A stretch of 63,585 bases of DNA, the filler included, from Sanchytrium tribonematis (lineage: Eukaryota): the NCBI GenBank assembly GCA_018985235.1. It is 6 parts of 6 records of this genome, joined end to end, with 100 filler letters (N's around TTAATTAATTAA, not from the genome) between each part and the next. Parts side by side here need not be neighbours in the genome. Positions count along the whole stretch, not along the records: positions 10,660 to 21,189 come from JADGIG010000292.1; positions 21,290 to 31,809 come from JADGIG010000293.1; 4 more parts are not named here. One strand, 5' to 3'. Shown here piece after piece: positions 10,660 through 22,783 of this stretch (position 1 is its first letter; each line of letters opens with the position of its first letter). The notes under the pieces are model-generated. The model was not told the DNA's origin, made no database searches, and saw nothing but the letters and a program-made list of their open reading frames with translations. A program made the translations under genes and the position numbers.

Positions 10660-13600
10660 GATGTGTTATATGCTTATGGATAAGAACTAACTAGAAGGTT
10701 CTATGGGCTATATAAAGCCATACTCCCCCAATAAATCATCTTATCTACATTACAAATTGGAGTCATTTTTGACACCATTTTCCCTCCAAGATACATTTTT
10801 AACGATTTCGTCACATTGCTAAGATTCAAGATAGAATTTCTTTGTCCTATCCCCATTGATTCAATACCTGTTATTACAAGTATTAAAATAATCCTCCAGT
10901 TAATTTTATGTGCTGATTTCAAAAATGTTATCTGTTCTGATGTGTGAGATGTACTTTCTCTTGTACAACTATCCCCTGAAACACAATTTTTAAACACAAA
11001 AATCACATCCATCTTCACATATACAATTGATTTTGGCATTAATATATATTAAGAATTCATTCATATCAACACCACATGAAACTCCTGGAGAACACTTCGC
11101 AAGCACAAAGCATAACCCAAATTATCCACAGAATAGACATCGTCTTAGACCAACAAAATTACAAATGGGGTTTGTACCGTCAAAACTAGATGTTCTTCAA
11201 AGTGAAAAATTCATGGAAGACAATCAAACGATTTGTACCAGACCCATATCAAGTATCTATTGAAGAATTTGGACTCATTTGGGTTAATTTGGCACTGTCA
11301 AAATGAGAAACACAAGTCACCAGAAGCACTTTTTACTGATATTGTGGCAAATTCCATATTACACATTCGTTGTGGAAGTTCCTTCACACCTAACACCAAT
11401 GAGTATAACAAGCAATTTGAGAAGATCAAAAAGGAATTACAGTCAAAATTGGTTACCTCAAACACACCTGATCCACTTGCCAATCCAATTTCCCCAATCA
11501 ATGCATATGATGAAATGATGAATGAATTACCAATCATCCCAGTAATTCGCGAATCTGTTCCTGAAAGAGAATTGACAGCAATCTGCATACCCAGGCACAT
11601 ATGAGTGCCATCGTGAACCACTTCACTTATCTGTTATTGACAACCATTCAACAATTAAGTCAGAAATTACAAAAACCATCCCAATTGACAGAGAAAATAT
11701 CATTTTCACGTCTGTGTATAAGATTTTATTGAATGAGAAGAGTGTGTTGACTTGCATCAGCGATTCATGTAACTTGATACTGGCTCTATCATTGTTTTAC
11801 AGATTCAAATGCCATGCCATATCAATAAGATAATATCCATGCTTCCAAATGGCTATATTCAAAATGATCTATCCACATAGATGTTTCTCACACCCTGTAA
11901 AGCACTACTTCCAAATTCAATTCTTGACAAGAATATCAAGCAAATAGAGATTTTAATTAAAGGACTTGGAGGATCACCCAATATTTGTATGGAACTTGAC
12001 ACTCTACAGCCAGATAATCCAAATATTGCTCCAATTGATCCATTTGCACTAAATGGAAATTTGGATGAAATCTCTTTAACATCAGAATGCTCAATTGCTG
12101 ACCAAATTGGACACCTTTATATGATATCATACAATTTTCATGGAAACAGGGATGTATTAATGGTAAAATTACGGCATCTGGCTCAAAAGAAACCAAATGT
12201 GATTCACTGCACAGAATATCGAACAAAGCCACTGCCATTAAAAGGCTACAAATTGATGCAAATGAATAGCGAGCAGGAATGTGATAGACAATCCATCTAT
12301 GTTAAAACTGGTTTGGATGATGTGTCTCTTATTTCTACGAATTCAAAATTTAGTCATACAATTAAAATTATGGATGAATTATTCTCATTTACTTACTTTC
12401 CACCTCGTTACAAGTCACAACCTGATTCTCTTATGCTAGAAATACAATTTGGTATTAGATTAGGAAGTACTGAAAGTAGATTTGATAGATATGGACGTAA
12501 TTTCGAGGTCCACATGACAGAGAACTGCTATATAGTACTACATTCACCCATGGAATCAACCATGGTAGCCTTACAGAACTGTTTGGACCAAGCTTGGGTA
12601 CATCAACGACATCAAAGTCAATTTTCACAAATTCAAGTTTTAAATTCATCAAATACAGGTAGTGATCACTACCCCATTTTCTTCAGAAAGTCATTAGAAT
12701 CACCCATCTCCATCTTAAGAAAGATTCAATGGAATTTGATCCAATCAGGTGTAGAAATGAAAAATAGATTAATTTCGGAATTATCTCATAAATTGATCCC
12801 CCTTTACCAAAATCTGGAAAACATGACTACAAATGAAATATGAAATCAATTTTCAGACACGTGTACCAATGCTGGGACCAAATTCTTGGACTTATCCCTC
12901 TTTACAATTTCAATAATTCTAAAAGTCCAAATACAACCATTTTCAACCTCAAAATGAAAGAACCAGACAGAGAAGACAGCTGAAAAGAACCACCATCATA
13001 AACCAATGAAAGACAGACCATCAAAGCACCTATTAAAAGACAAGAAGACACTTAAAACCACTAATCAAACTAAAAGATCTGGAGACGCCATTCCCTCCCT
13101 GCCAGAAATTGGGTATCGTATTAAACATTATTTATTCTATAATACATACATCAATAACTCTATCCCAGATGCCTGGTTGGTCAGCCAAATTGTGGAAATA
13201 TTCAAAAGTGAAAAGATCACACCGAGTCGATTTCGCCCCATTACACTCATTTCCAATACATACAAGTGCTAGCAACAGTGTCTCTACTACCATCACTACC
13301 GTAACAAGCTACTGGCATCCACTAGACAGCATGGGTTTTCCCCCAGAAGATCCACATCCACTCAAATTCATTCTGTCTTAAAATTGCTAAATCATCTCAA
13401 ATCAACTACTGGTAATGTACACGCTGTTTGTTTGGATCTTTCTACAGCATTTGACACCCTCCTACACCAAGGCATCCACGACCAGCTTCACCCATATCTA
13501 GATTCACATGGCATGAATTTATTAAAATCAGAGGTTACTCGGCAATCATTCCATCTATGACGAGAACATTCACAGACAAGGATTCATTTTAGGACTGGAT

Positions 13601-14847
13601 CACCCCAAGGTTGTGTATTCAGTCCTATTTTGTTTTCTTTTGTGATGGACAAATTACTTGATTTATTTCCAGACACGGATAATTACCAAATTAGAATATA
13701 TGCAGATGTTATTATTATAATAAGTAGGAGATAATCTACTTTGATTGATATTACCGACCAAGCTACCCGTCATTTGAATGCTAATAATTTCATCATCAAT
13801 GACACCAAATTTCAGTACATCATAAATGAGGATAATCAGGACATTACACTATTAAATGGAATCACTATTACCAAATCCCAGTCTATCAAATACTTGGCCA
13901 CATATATTGATCATACAGGCATCCCATATGCCACTGATATTGCAAATAAATTGGCCAAAGTGGATTTTTCAATTTCCACCATTAAATTCACTAAATCGCT
14001 ATTATCATTTAGGAAATTTTTTAAGTTATTTTACCAGGGTATTTTGATGCCTATTTACCTATATGGATGTGAGAATTATAGCCAAGAAGGCATTGATTTG
14101 TCAGAAAATCACAGAATTAATATTATCAAGAAATTACAGTATAATTATTACCAAATGATTAATAATTATATGACTATATCCAATTACCAACAACAGAGAC
14201 TTATTAATTTCACTAGGCAGCTTATTAATCTTGGAGTTGACCCTCTAAGACAAAATTACACGGATAAAACAGAAATCAAAATTGATAATCAAATTGAAAT
14301 GGATCATTTATGGAATTATCAAAGCACATTAATTGTGCATCACTACTCAAATCATCACATCTCATCATTCAAATGGCCAAATAAAAAAATCCTAACCACA
14401 TTCAAAATTTATTTGAATCATTCTTAACTGGGAATTTATCACGCAAATCCATGAATAACAAGCCAACTATTGTAAATATTGCAGATTTTCATCCAACTCA
14501 CTAGATCACTTGGAGGATTGTGATAAAATATACGTGTCAAAGGATAGATTGATGAATGAATTGAAATGCAACTCAGAAGATAGAATTATCAGAATACTCA
14601 AATTTATTAGAGATTCTGTGGTATTGACTAGGGAGTAGTACCTGTTTGGGATGCACTGGGATGTGGTCAAAGGATAGATTGATGAATGAATTGAAATGCA
14701 ACTCAGAAGATAGAATTATCAGAATACTCAAATTTATTAGAGATTCTGTGGTATTGACTAGGGAGTAGTACCTGTTTGGGATGCACTGGGATGTGGTATT
14801 GCCGCAATGATCCCGCAGTAATCTAATTAGTAAATATTATTATTATT
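10660..14847 (+). mobile_element. Degenerate non-LTR retrotransposon (LINE): ORF1 remnant, APE endonuclease, RT, C-terminal CCHC finger, 3' UTR with (TTA)n tail
   Basis: APE motifs ISYNFHG, TE, SDHYPI; RT motifs PDAW..FRPITLI, DLSTAFD, GSPQGCVFSPILF, YADV (YADD mutated), KYLA; CKYC..DHLEDC near 14470; many stops and frameshifts. Confidence 0.9.
14536..14795 (+). repeat. Perfect 130-bp tandem duplication at the LINE 3' end
   Basis: GTCAAAGGATAG...GGGATGTG at 14536-14665 and 14666-14795. Confidence 0.95.
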
Positions 14848-15876
14848 CTATTTTGATTTGTTTGAAAATGAAATCATTAACTTGTTCTATTGTATTTAGA
14901 TCACTTCTTATTAGTGAATCCATATGCTTCATTAAAAAAGTATATTCAGATAACTTTTTAACATCGTTTCTATGAGACATATCACAACCAAGTAAATAGT
15001 TAAATGTAGTATAGGAATTTGACAAATCTCCTAGATTCCAATATTGGTACGCTATTCTTGGGATCATGTCAGGAAATACAAAGAGAGTTTATTTAGTACA
15101 GCGGGATTTGTAAAAAGAGGGATAGTGAATATAATATGTCTTGCATCTAATATGTCAAATAAAAACTATTGCCCAACCAGCCCTCAAATTCACTGCAACA
15201 GCTGGTAGTCCAGCAGTGGAACCACTGGAACAATACGATGCCGCACCTTTTCCGCCTGATCATTTTTCATATGGGCAAAATAAACACATAAAGCGTCATT
15301 TTGCCATTCCATATGCCCCAAACAAAGAGAAACTATATTTTCGGCTCGAGCCATTAAATTCCAACTTAACATTGAAAAAAAATGACGACACATAGATTAT
15401 TTAGTTACATCCTGAACCGAATAACTTAGTCAAGTGGATCTTTACCAATTTTTATTGATCCTTCGCCATTGGTAACTCTTTGTGCTGCGTCTCGTTTGAT
15501 TCCTCTAAAAATTATATTAAATTCACTCTTTAATTGATTGTGTGATTCTAACAATTCGATACATGAATATTGGTTGTGTTGTGTCTCTGTTGGATCATAT
15601 CAGCTGTATCAATGTTATACATTTATTGCGTATCTTTTTCGAAGTAAAGAAATCGGATAATAAATTGTCTCTTTTTACAGATAACCAAAAAATGAATAGA
15701 GATGAAGATCTATATATATCTTTCTCGTTTTTACATCTGTCGCAGTGCAAGTAGAAGGTAGCACGACAGGAAGCAATGATGCGCAGATGAAAATTAGTGT
15801 AGATGACGTTCAAAGGGTTGATGTCAAGCAGCATCTGTGTGGCTTGTACAATGGTTATAAACGCGCTACCCTCAAT

Positions 15877-16630
15877 AAACTCTTATTACTTTCAATAGGA
15901 CAAATTGAGCTCAATAGTATGGCTAAAAGAATTTTTGATAGTACACATATTGACGTGGTCATCTGGGATGATATAAAATTAAAAATAGTTAGATTTAACG
16001 GAAGTAACGCGAATCTCGTGTTATGGAGGAATAATTTTGATAATTACAAGCAATGGGGAGCATGGGATGATAAAAAGGCAGTTTTGAAATATATCTCGTG
16101 TCTAGATGGTCAAGCGCTAAGAGTTATCCTATTTAACATTTCAAAACATATTTGACGCATTGAAATATTCGATACGTAAACGATGGAATGCATCAAGAGT
16201 ATCTTTTAGCAGCAAAGATTCTTCCCGATCAATCTGTTGAGAAATGAATTTTATTTAAAATGAAATGGCTAACATCGTCAATGCATTGTTGGCCCAAAAG
16301 GACAAAAAATTAAAGATCTTCAATAAATTACGACTTTTGACTTTTGCCAAAGATCTTTTTAACTATATTAAAGGTCATGTTAAATTTAGCAAGCCTAAAA
16401 CACTCATTGAAGCCGTAGCACTAGCAAATGATGCAGAAAAATTATTCGAGCATGAATTAAATCTTAGACTAAAACAATTTAAAAACGAAACACGATCAAC
16501 TCCTCTCCCAGACACCCAAAAGAGCTTCAAAAGAGACACATGTGGACTTTGTGGGAAACCCAGCCATCTAAAGGATTATGAAATTGTAAACATGGAGATG
16601 TTTATCATTCTATCTATTGGTAGTTCATAA
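15877..16630 (+). mobile_element. Degenerate LTR-retrotransposon gag (Ty3/gypsy-like)
   Basis: RFNGS...W...F..Y.....WDD......L.GQAL capsid-like segment, PKTLIEAVALA, zinc knuckle CGLCGKPSH; broken by stops and frameshifts. Confidence 0.7.
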
Positions 16631-16705
16631 TTGCGCGAAATGCGATTATGAAATTTCAAATTTCAAGAGTATTTCATAATAAATAAAGGATAAAACAAAT
16701 TCAAA

Positions 16706-17341
16706 ATGACAAAAGAGACCGATTTATCAATCGCAAATGTGCCCGAAGAACTCGTGGCGGACATTTTACAAGCATATTCTGATAACTTTGAGAAATTCAA
16801 TAGTACAAATTCCACACGGAAACGAAAAGGCGAACATGCAGATAAATTGCAAAAAGAATTGGAGGACGACCGCATTAACGACGCATCATTTGACCGAACC
16901 AGACTCACAGGCAAATTCATCTCTAAAATCATTGTATCTTATCGTGCTCAATTTCGTAAAACATTTTGAATTCCTTCTAAAGGATCTGGTTTTGAAGCAG
17001 CCAAAGCGGCGTTTCCAAATTGGGATGCAGCCTGGAATGTTTTTACTAGAGAATATGAGTTCAAATCAGCATTAGAAGCAGACACAACGCCACGAAAAAC
17101 ACCACCTCCATCTGAGTTTATTGACAGTAGTACGCCTCCATCAGAAATTACAGAATCAACATTAAAAAATTATCCATGTGACAAACACCGCACTGCCAAG
17201 CAAGAAAAAGTATCAAAAAAGATTAAATTGGAGGATTCTCAATTAGAAATGCATCAAAATGTGTGCAAAGTAACTGAAATTTTACAAGATGTTGGTATTA
17301 ATATGAATGAGTATTTCAAATTAACTTATTTCACTAATTAG
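16706..17341 (+). pseudogene. Myb/SANT-like (Harbinger ORF2-type) protein with one internal TGA at 16967-16969
   Basis: Frame stays open for 211 codons apart from one stop; GSG...FPNWDAAWNVF followed by a low-complexity linker is typical of these proteins. Confidence 0.45.
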
Positions 17342-17577
17342 TCCCATGCTGTCGAATAGTGGAATCACAATAGCGTGGAAGTGGATACCCATTATTGTCA
17401 TGACTTTCACGTGCATTTTCTATATTTTCCAAAACATTAAGTCGTCAAAAAAGGATGCTGTTTGCTCAATGTTTGATGTATTGATTTCCTCAATATCAAT
17501 AAATATGTTAAAAATTACCATGATCATTCTGTAATATCCAAGCCTGCCTTTGGAATTAACGATGGTTACAAACTGTA

Positions 17578-18136
17578 TCAGTTTCCATATCTAAACACCC
17601 ATTCATTTTGGAATTTCTCTGTAATTTCTTCTGCCAATTCACTGACCAACGAAATGGCTTCGACCCAATTGCTATACACATCCACAATGGTGAATGGTGA
17701 ATAACTTGGAAATCTGCTCGTCTGACTGATTTTCAATAGGATGCATATCTTTGATGTCGACTTGAATGCAATTGAACGGTGCTCCACCCAAATGAGGAAT
17801 TGGCACTTTCCCAGGGATAACTACTTGTGAGTAGGTGAGTTCCTTCTTGTACATTCCACAAACGATGCAACTATCAATAAATCTTTTGACATCACTTTAC
17901 ATATTTGGCCAATGGACATATTATTTTAATATTTTTAACGTTTTGGTGAGAGCAAAATGAGTCAAGTCATGGACTATACTAATATAGTAATGCTTATCCG
18001 CTAATTCGGTAATTTCAACAGCACCTTCTATCAATGGTGCCCATGATTCTCTTTGAGCCCTTAATTTCTGAGTTTGTTCTGGAAGTAGTAAATGTTCTTG
18101 GCCTTTCCAAGTATAAAAGTCTTGAGGCAGAGCCAA
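17578..18136 (-). mobile_element. Degenerate Ty3/gypsy integrase fragment
   Basis: HDLTHF...WPNM*SDVKRFIDSCIVC (HHCC), PFNCIQVDI, TIVDVYSNWVEAI, WVFRYG; stops and a frameshift. Confidence 0.85.
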
Positions 18137-18335
18137 ATCTCTGGTAATAGCATTGCTAAATTCATCATCTTCACTAATTTTGTTCTACATCAGCCATTTC
18201 AACATCCTTGCGTTGCTGTCCTAAAATAATTTTGTTTCCTTTGATATGCTTCAATGTGAGAGCCAGAATCTGTCCTACTTTTTGGTCTGATGCTCGAATT
18301 TCTTTTTCATGTGGCATTTTGTCTGATTCAAGTCT

Positions 18336-18620
18336 GTGGCGAATACGCGAAAATGCGTCTGCAAGTACATTCTAACAATACATAGAGTACAAGGAATGAC
18401 ACTAAATTCTATCGTCGTTGGTAATTTGAGACACTTTTGGTTGTCACAAAAGCTTCATGTTGTTATTAGTAGAGTGAAATCTTCTTCTGATATAAAATTT
18501 CTTCGTAATGAAGTATTTCCCGAAGGATATAATGAATCCCATTTGAAGTTCACGGATGAATTATTAGAATTTGGGGTCGCCCTATTGGGTTTTTTATATT
18601 TAATAATTATAAACTTTTAA
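18336..18620 (+). pseudogene. PIF1-family helicase C-terminal fragment (Helitron/virus-type)
   Basis: LTIHRVQGMTL (motif V, TIHKSQG) and KLHVVISRVKS (motif VI, QLYVALSRV). Confidence 0.7.
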
Positions 18621-18705
18621 AAATTGTGATATTGCGATGGGTCCAATCATATACTGTGCAAGCATTTGGATAATATAAATATCTGTCTCGACCACTTTAA
18701 TATCA

Positions 18706-19448
18706 ATGAAAAGTTACTTGCCGAGAGAAGTTTACTTTAAATTTTTTGAATATTTAAATGAAGATGATGTATTATCATTGAAAAAAAGCAACTCTAAGTT
18801 AAATCACATTATTAAACAGTACGGAAAACCACTAGGAAAAATTGATTTGCGAATTGCAGAATTTATATCTAATTTAGATTATTTTAAGCATTTACTGATA
18901 GAAAACGGCTCAGTTATCTCGGGATCCTTTTTATTGCAGGTAATACTGAAAACCAAATTTCTGGGTGTTACTGAAATGGACATAAGTGTACCAAACATTG
19001 GCAAAAGTTTTGAAAATATTATCAAATTTCTTGTCAGTTTTGAGTATTACATTGTTTTGAGTATTCTAGCGACTTGACAATTCTGACCAGAAAAAAAGGT
19101 AGAGTTGATCAAAAAATTAACTTGATACAATCAGGTCATTGTCCCAGTACTTTTATTAAGAAGAATTATGCCTTGTCATGTACGCAAATTTGGTATGATG
19201 GAACTAAAATATCTTCTCCCCATTTACCAATAAGTCTTGAAAAAATTGCGATTTTTGTGGTTAACTTTCACTGGCTGATTGCTACTACAACGACTGAGCT
19301 TCTCAAAAAATATTATCAATTTGGTTTCAAAATCTACATAATGAAATGTAATATCCCATTTCATCACAGACACTACAAGAAGTTAAAACATGCGTTTACC
19401 AAACAAATTATACTGACGCTGAAGGGCATGTTTACTATGAAATATTAA
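18706..19448 (+). pseudogene. F-box plus putative Pol-beta-type nucleotidyltransferase-fold protein, frameshifted near 19050-19075
   Basis: LPREVYFKFFEYL F-box, ISGSFLLQ...EMDISV, LSCTQIWYDG; colinear with the paralog at 19530-20339; no 19-20-nt GT-AG intron fixes the frameshift. Confidence 0.6.
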
Positions 19449-19529
19449 ATGCAATAACAAATCCCTTTACCTAAATGATTCAATAAAATCTTATTAAAAA
19501 CCTGGAAATCTATCCAATAAATGATAGCC

Positions 19530-20339
19530 TTACATATGGCTTTGAACTAGATCCACAACAGAATCTAAATCTTCGATCTCAAAATAAATTTTTGTATCTC
19601 TAACAAACTCAGAGTAACTAACTATTCCAAAGTTTACGAAGTCCAGTATTTCACGCCGGGGAATCTTGTCAATACAAATAAAATTTCTAAAGTTTCTACT
19701 TTTAAATTCCTGAAGAAAATCTCGTGTGCACCTGTCATATAAATCCGAAATTACCTTATCAAATATTGCATATTTTTTTAAAATCAAGTCTTTATCAACC
19801 GTTTCGATAGAAGTACCATCATACCAACATTTGTGACATGAAAGAACAGAGTTTGTTTGTATTAATAAATATGGTTCAGTGCGACACCAAATAAGTTGCA
19901 AAAATTTAAACTTTTTAACGAACATTTCATCAAGGGTATAACATTTGAAGCGAGAATCAGAATCTTCAGATGGAACCCGAGCTACAAAGTTGTATCCTTC
20001 TACCTTTATAAAAAAATTCATCATTAAGTAAAAACAAGCGATATTCGACCTAACATAGATATGCAAACTAAGACTATGTAGAGATTTAGCTTTCAGCATT
20101 GTATTCAGAACTAGAAAATCAGATATATCAGAGTCAGTTCTTCGAAGCAAATCTTTGAACATTTCGACATTTTGGATGTACTCTTTTAAACGTAACTCTA
20201 TAACGCCCAATGGTTTTTTGTAATCTTTTACAATTAGACCCAGTTTTTGGTTGAGTTGTCCCACTTTTGATATTGAATCTTCGTCCAAATATTGGAAATA
20301 TTTTAAATGTATTTCATCAGGTAAATTTTTGAAACTCAT
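19530..20339 (-). CDS. F-box protein paralogous to 18706-19448, catalytic-like motifs degenerate
   Basis: MSFKNLPDEIHLKYFQYL; shared KPLG.I.LR..E.I and LSC...WYDGT.I blocks. Confidence 0.7.
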   Translation of the reverse strand: MSFKNLPDEIHLKYFQYLDEDSISKVGQLNQKLGLIVKDYKKPLGVIELRLKEYIQNVEMFKDLLRRTDSDISDFLVLNTMLKAKSLHSLSLHIYVRSNIACFYLMMNFFIKVEGYNFVARVPSEDSDSRFKCYTLDEMFVKKFKFLQLIWCRTEPYLLIQTNSVLSCHKCWYDGTSIETVDKDLILKKYAIFDKVISDLYDRCTRDFLQEFKSRNFRNFICIDKIPRREILDFVNFGIVSYSEFVRDTKIYFEIEDLDSVVDLVQSHM

Positions 20340-20416
20340 TAGAATGATAACCAATAATACAATAGTTTTGTGAAAGGATTTTTGGATATTTAAACAGTAA
20401 GACAACAACTTTACCA

Positions 20417-20688
20417 ATGGTAAGCTTCATCACTATCAATGGCCGACTCACTGAAGATTCAATTGAAAAAATAGTTAAAACTATCAAGGGACAGAAAAAA
20501 GTAACTGAACTGAGCATTTCAAGTAACAATTACATTGGTAGAAAGAGTCATGTATCTTTTTATAACGTAACGTTATAAAAACGACGAGCAGATCGTTTAA
20601 AAAAACTTTGAAGAAAGGATCATGCGTGGTAGTGAATGGACAATTTTATCAAACAAAATATTTTTCAAAAGATGGAAATTTTGGATGA
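20417..20688 (+). pseudogene. ssb: Bacterial/phage-type single-stranded DNA-binding protein pseudogene
   Basis: MVSFITINGRLTED...KVTELSISSN...SFYNVTL*(W)KRRADRLKK/LKKGSCVVVNGQFYQTKYFSKDG; TAA at 20576-20578 and a 1-nt frameshift in the A-run near 20600-20605. Confidence 0.75.
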
Positions 20689-21189
20689 CAATGATTTGGA
20701 ATTGTCATCAGATAAACATAAATTGGAAGCCGAAGAATCTAAAGATTCGAACGACAAAAACGAAAATAAATCAAATTTTCATCAAATTCATTTATTGAAA
20801 CTTTTTTCTTAAAATCGTTGTTTTTTAATCTCAACTTTTTAATAAAGTCGCAAGCAGCTTTTGTATGACCGACATTTTCCAAATACTCAAATGTGAATTC
20901 GTTTAAATTTTCCCAAAAACAACACAATTTTACTCTGCCCCCTTCAGTAAAGTATAATTGATCGCACTTTTCCACATAAAATCTTGTTTTGTTTCTTCGC
21001 GAGCTAGATATTATCAATTTGATATTTCATATTTTCCAACTCGTTTTCAAACTCTGCAATTTTTCGTTTTTGTTTGTCGAAAAGTAATGCAATTTCATGT
21101 TCCAAGTCGTTTCGTTGATCACTTCGTTCAACTTTGAGACTTTCAGAAATTGACATATTTAATAATCTTCTACTTTTTATTTGATGAGA

Positions 21190-21289
21190 NNNNNNNNNNN
21201 NNNNNNNNNNNNNNNNNNNNNNNNNNNNNNNNNTTAATTAATTAANNNNNNNNNNNNNNNNNNNNNNNNNNNNNNNNNNNNNNNNNNNN
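21190..21289. other. Artificial contig linker
   Basis: Ns + TTAATTAATTAA. Confidence 0.97.
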
Positions 21290-22329
21290 CCAGCCTCGAA
21301 AGTTTTCAATTAAACAAAAAATTGCTGCAGGAGCTACCTAAACAAGGTATTATTGCACCTGATATAAACCCAGACACGCACTTGATATTGAAATATAAAT
21401 TCATACCGCTTGAGTTCGTGGATTTGCATGGGTTAGATGTTCCGGAATTTCAAGGCTTGAAAAATGATATTTGCCAGCATGACGTAGATGTGCTATCCTA
21501 CATGCAGCAATTTAAAGACCTGGAAGTTAAAAAAGCAATTTCTAAATCAACAGGATTTGATTTTAGCATTCTACATTCATGCGAGAAAAAGTTAATTGAG
21601 TTGAATTCGAAATTGAAGCTTCACTTCCAAAATAAGCTGCAGGAATGCGACACCACCCCAATTGATCTTGATTTTGAAAAACTTAAAAATCAAATTTCCA
21701 CAGCGGAAGCAACACTTAAATCTTTAAACGAACTTGACCACTTAAGGGAAGATTATCTACTCCAGAGATCGATTTCGTCCATTTTAGAAAGTGAAAGAAC
21801 ATTAAAAGAGGAAAGAATTGAGATGCAGAAAGCTGAAGAACTTTCAAAGATTAGAGCAATTCAGGCCGTAGCAATATCAGAATGGAAAGCAAGAAAGGAA
21901 ACGAAATTTGAAAAGGAGAAAATTGCTATCCAAGCCTTGGCAGCTCATGACAAAGCAAATTTGAGAAAACAATTAGTTGAGAACAAAAGCAAGATAGAAC
22001 TACGAGATAGACTTAGCAATTTGAAGAAGCAATCCTTACAGGTGCAAAAATTTCAAAAAGATCAGGACATCAAGGAAAGTGAGTCCGTATTAGAGAAACT
22101 ACGGCAAACTGTTAGACCAGATGTCGAAAGTGATATTGAAAGAGCGACATCTAGCACTATAGCTTGGAGCGCGAAACTCAAGAAGGACGACGGTGTGCAA
22201 AAAATAACTTTAAAAACTTATAATGACGATCAGCTTTTTGAAAATCATAAGTTTAATGTTCTATATAATCTTCAAAATCTCGGTTTAACAAAAAATCCAT
22301 ATGCTGGTGAAATAATCAAAGATTTATGA
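21290..22329 (+). CDS. CCDC148: CCDC148-like coiled-coil protein, 5'-truncated
   Basis: Coiled coil, then LEKLRQTV...TYNDDQLF....L.NLGL....YAGEII, matching the CCDC148 C-terminus. Confidence 0.6.
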
Positions 22330-22438
22330 AAAATTTCTTGGAAATAAATTTTAAAGTTGCAGATTTGATAAATTTGTGCAAACATTTTAAGAAACATTCT
22401 TGTGTAAAAGTTTCTGCAGTAATAAAGGCAAAAACATA

Positions 22439-22463
22439 TGGGGCCAGAGTGGATTGAACACCC

Positions 22464-22505
<42 letters not shown>

Positions 22506-22511
22506 GTCCCC
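22439..22511 (-). tRNA. tRNA-Phe(GAA)
   Basis: 73-nt cloverleaf GGGGACATAGCTCAGTTGGGAGAGCG-TCAGACTGAAGATCTGA-...GTTCAATC; one A-G mismatch in the acceptor stem; no encoded CCA. Confidence 0.93.
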
Positions 22512-22783
22512 ATACAATGTGCTTGAATTATCAAAACAAGTTGTTCAATCTACTTTAGTTGATAATTCTCATGCTCTCTGTTTGAAAGCGTTAAAATTTA
22601 TTAATCACTGAATTGATTTCCGGTTTTCATGACTATTTTTTTTAATCTCACCCCAGCTCTATCAAATAAAAACCTGTGTGGCTTGTGATTTTGAAAATTT
22701 TTTGATTTGAGAATGAACAATGAGTCATATTTTATAGGCATTTCAAATGTTTGGAATGTTTTCTTTATTCGGGGTAAAACCAA

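Noticed and set aside
14536..14795. CRISPR array or hammerhead ribozyme repeat
   Set aside because: Two contiguous copies without spacers; no CTGANGA/GAAA core with flanking stems
19037..19069. Intron explaining the F-box gene frameshift
   Set aside because: No 19-20-nt GT-AG candidate gives the right frame; a short direct repeat (GTTTTGAGTATT) suggests an indel
22439..22511. A-G mismatch in the tRNA-Phe acceptor stem as evidence for tRNA editing
   Set aside because: A single mismatch at pair 5-68 is outside the positions 1-3 typical of 5' editing and is commonly tolerated
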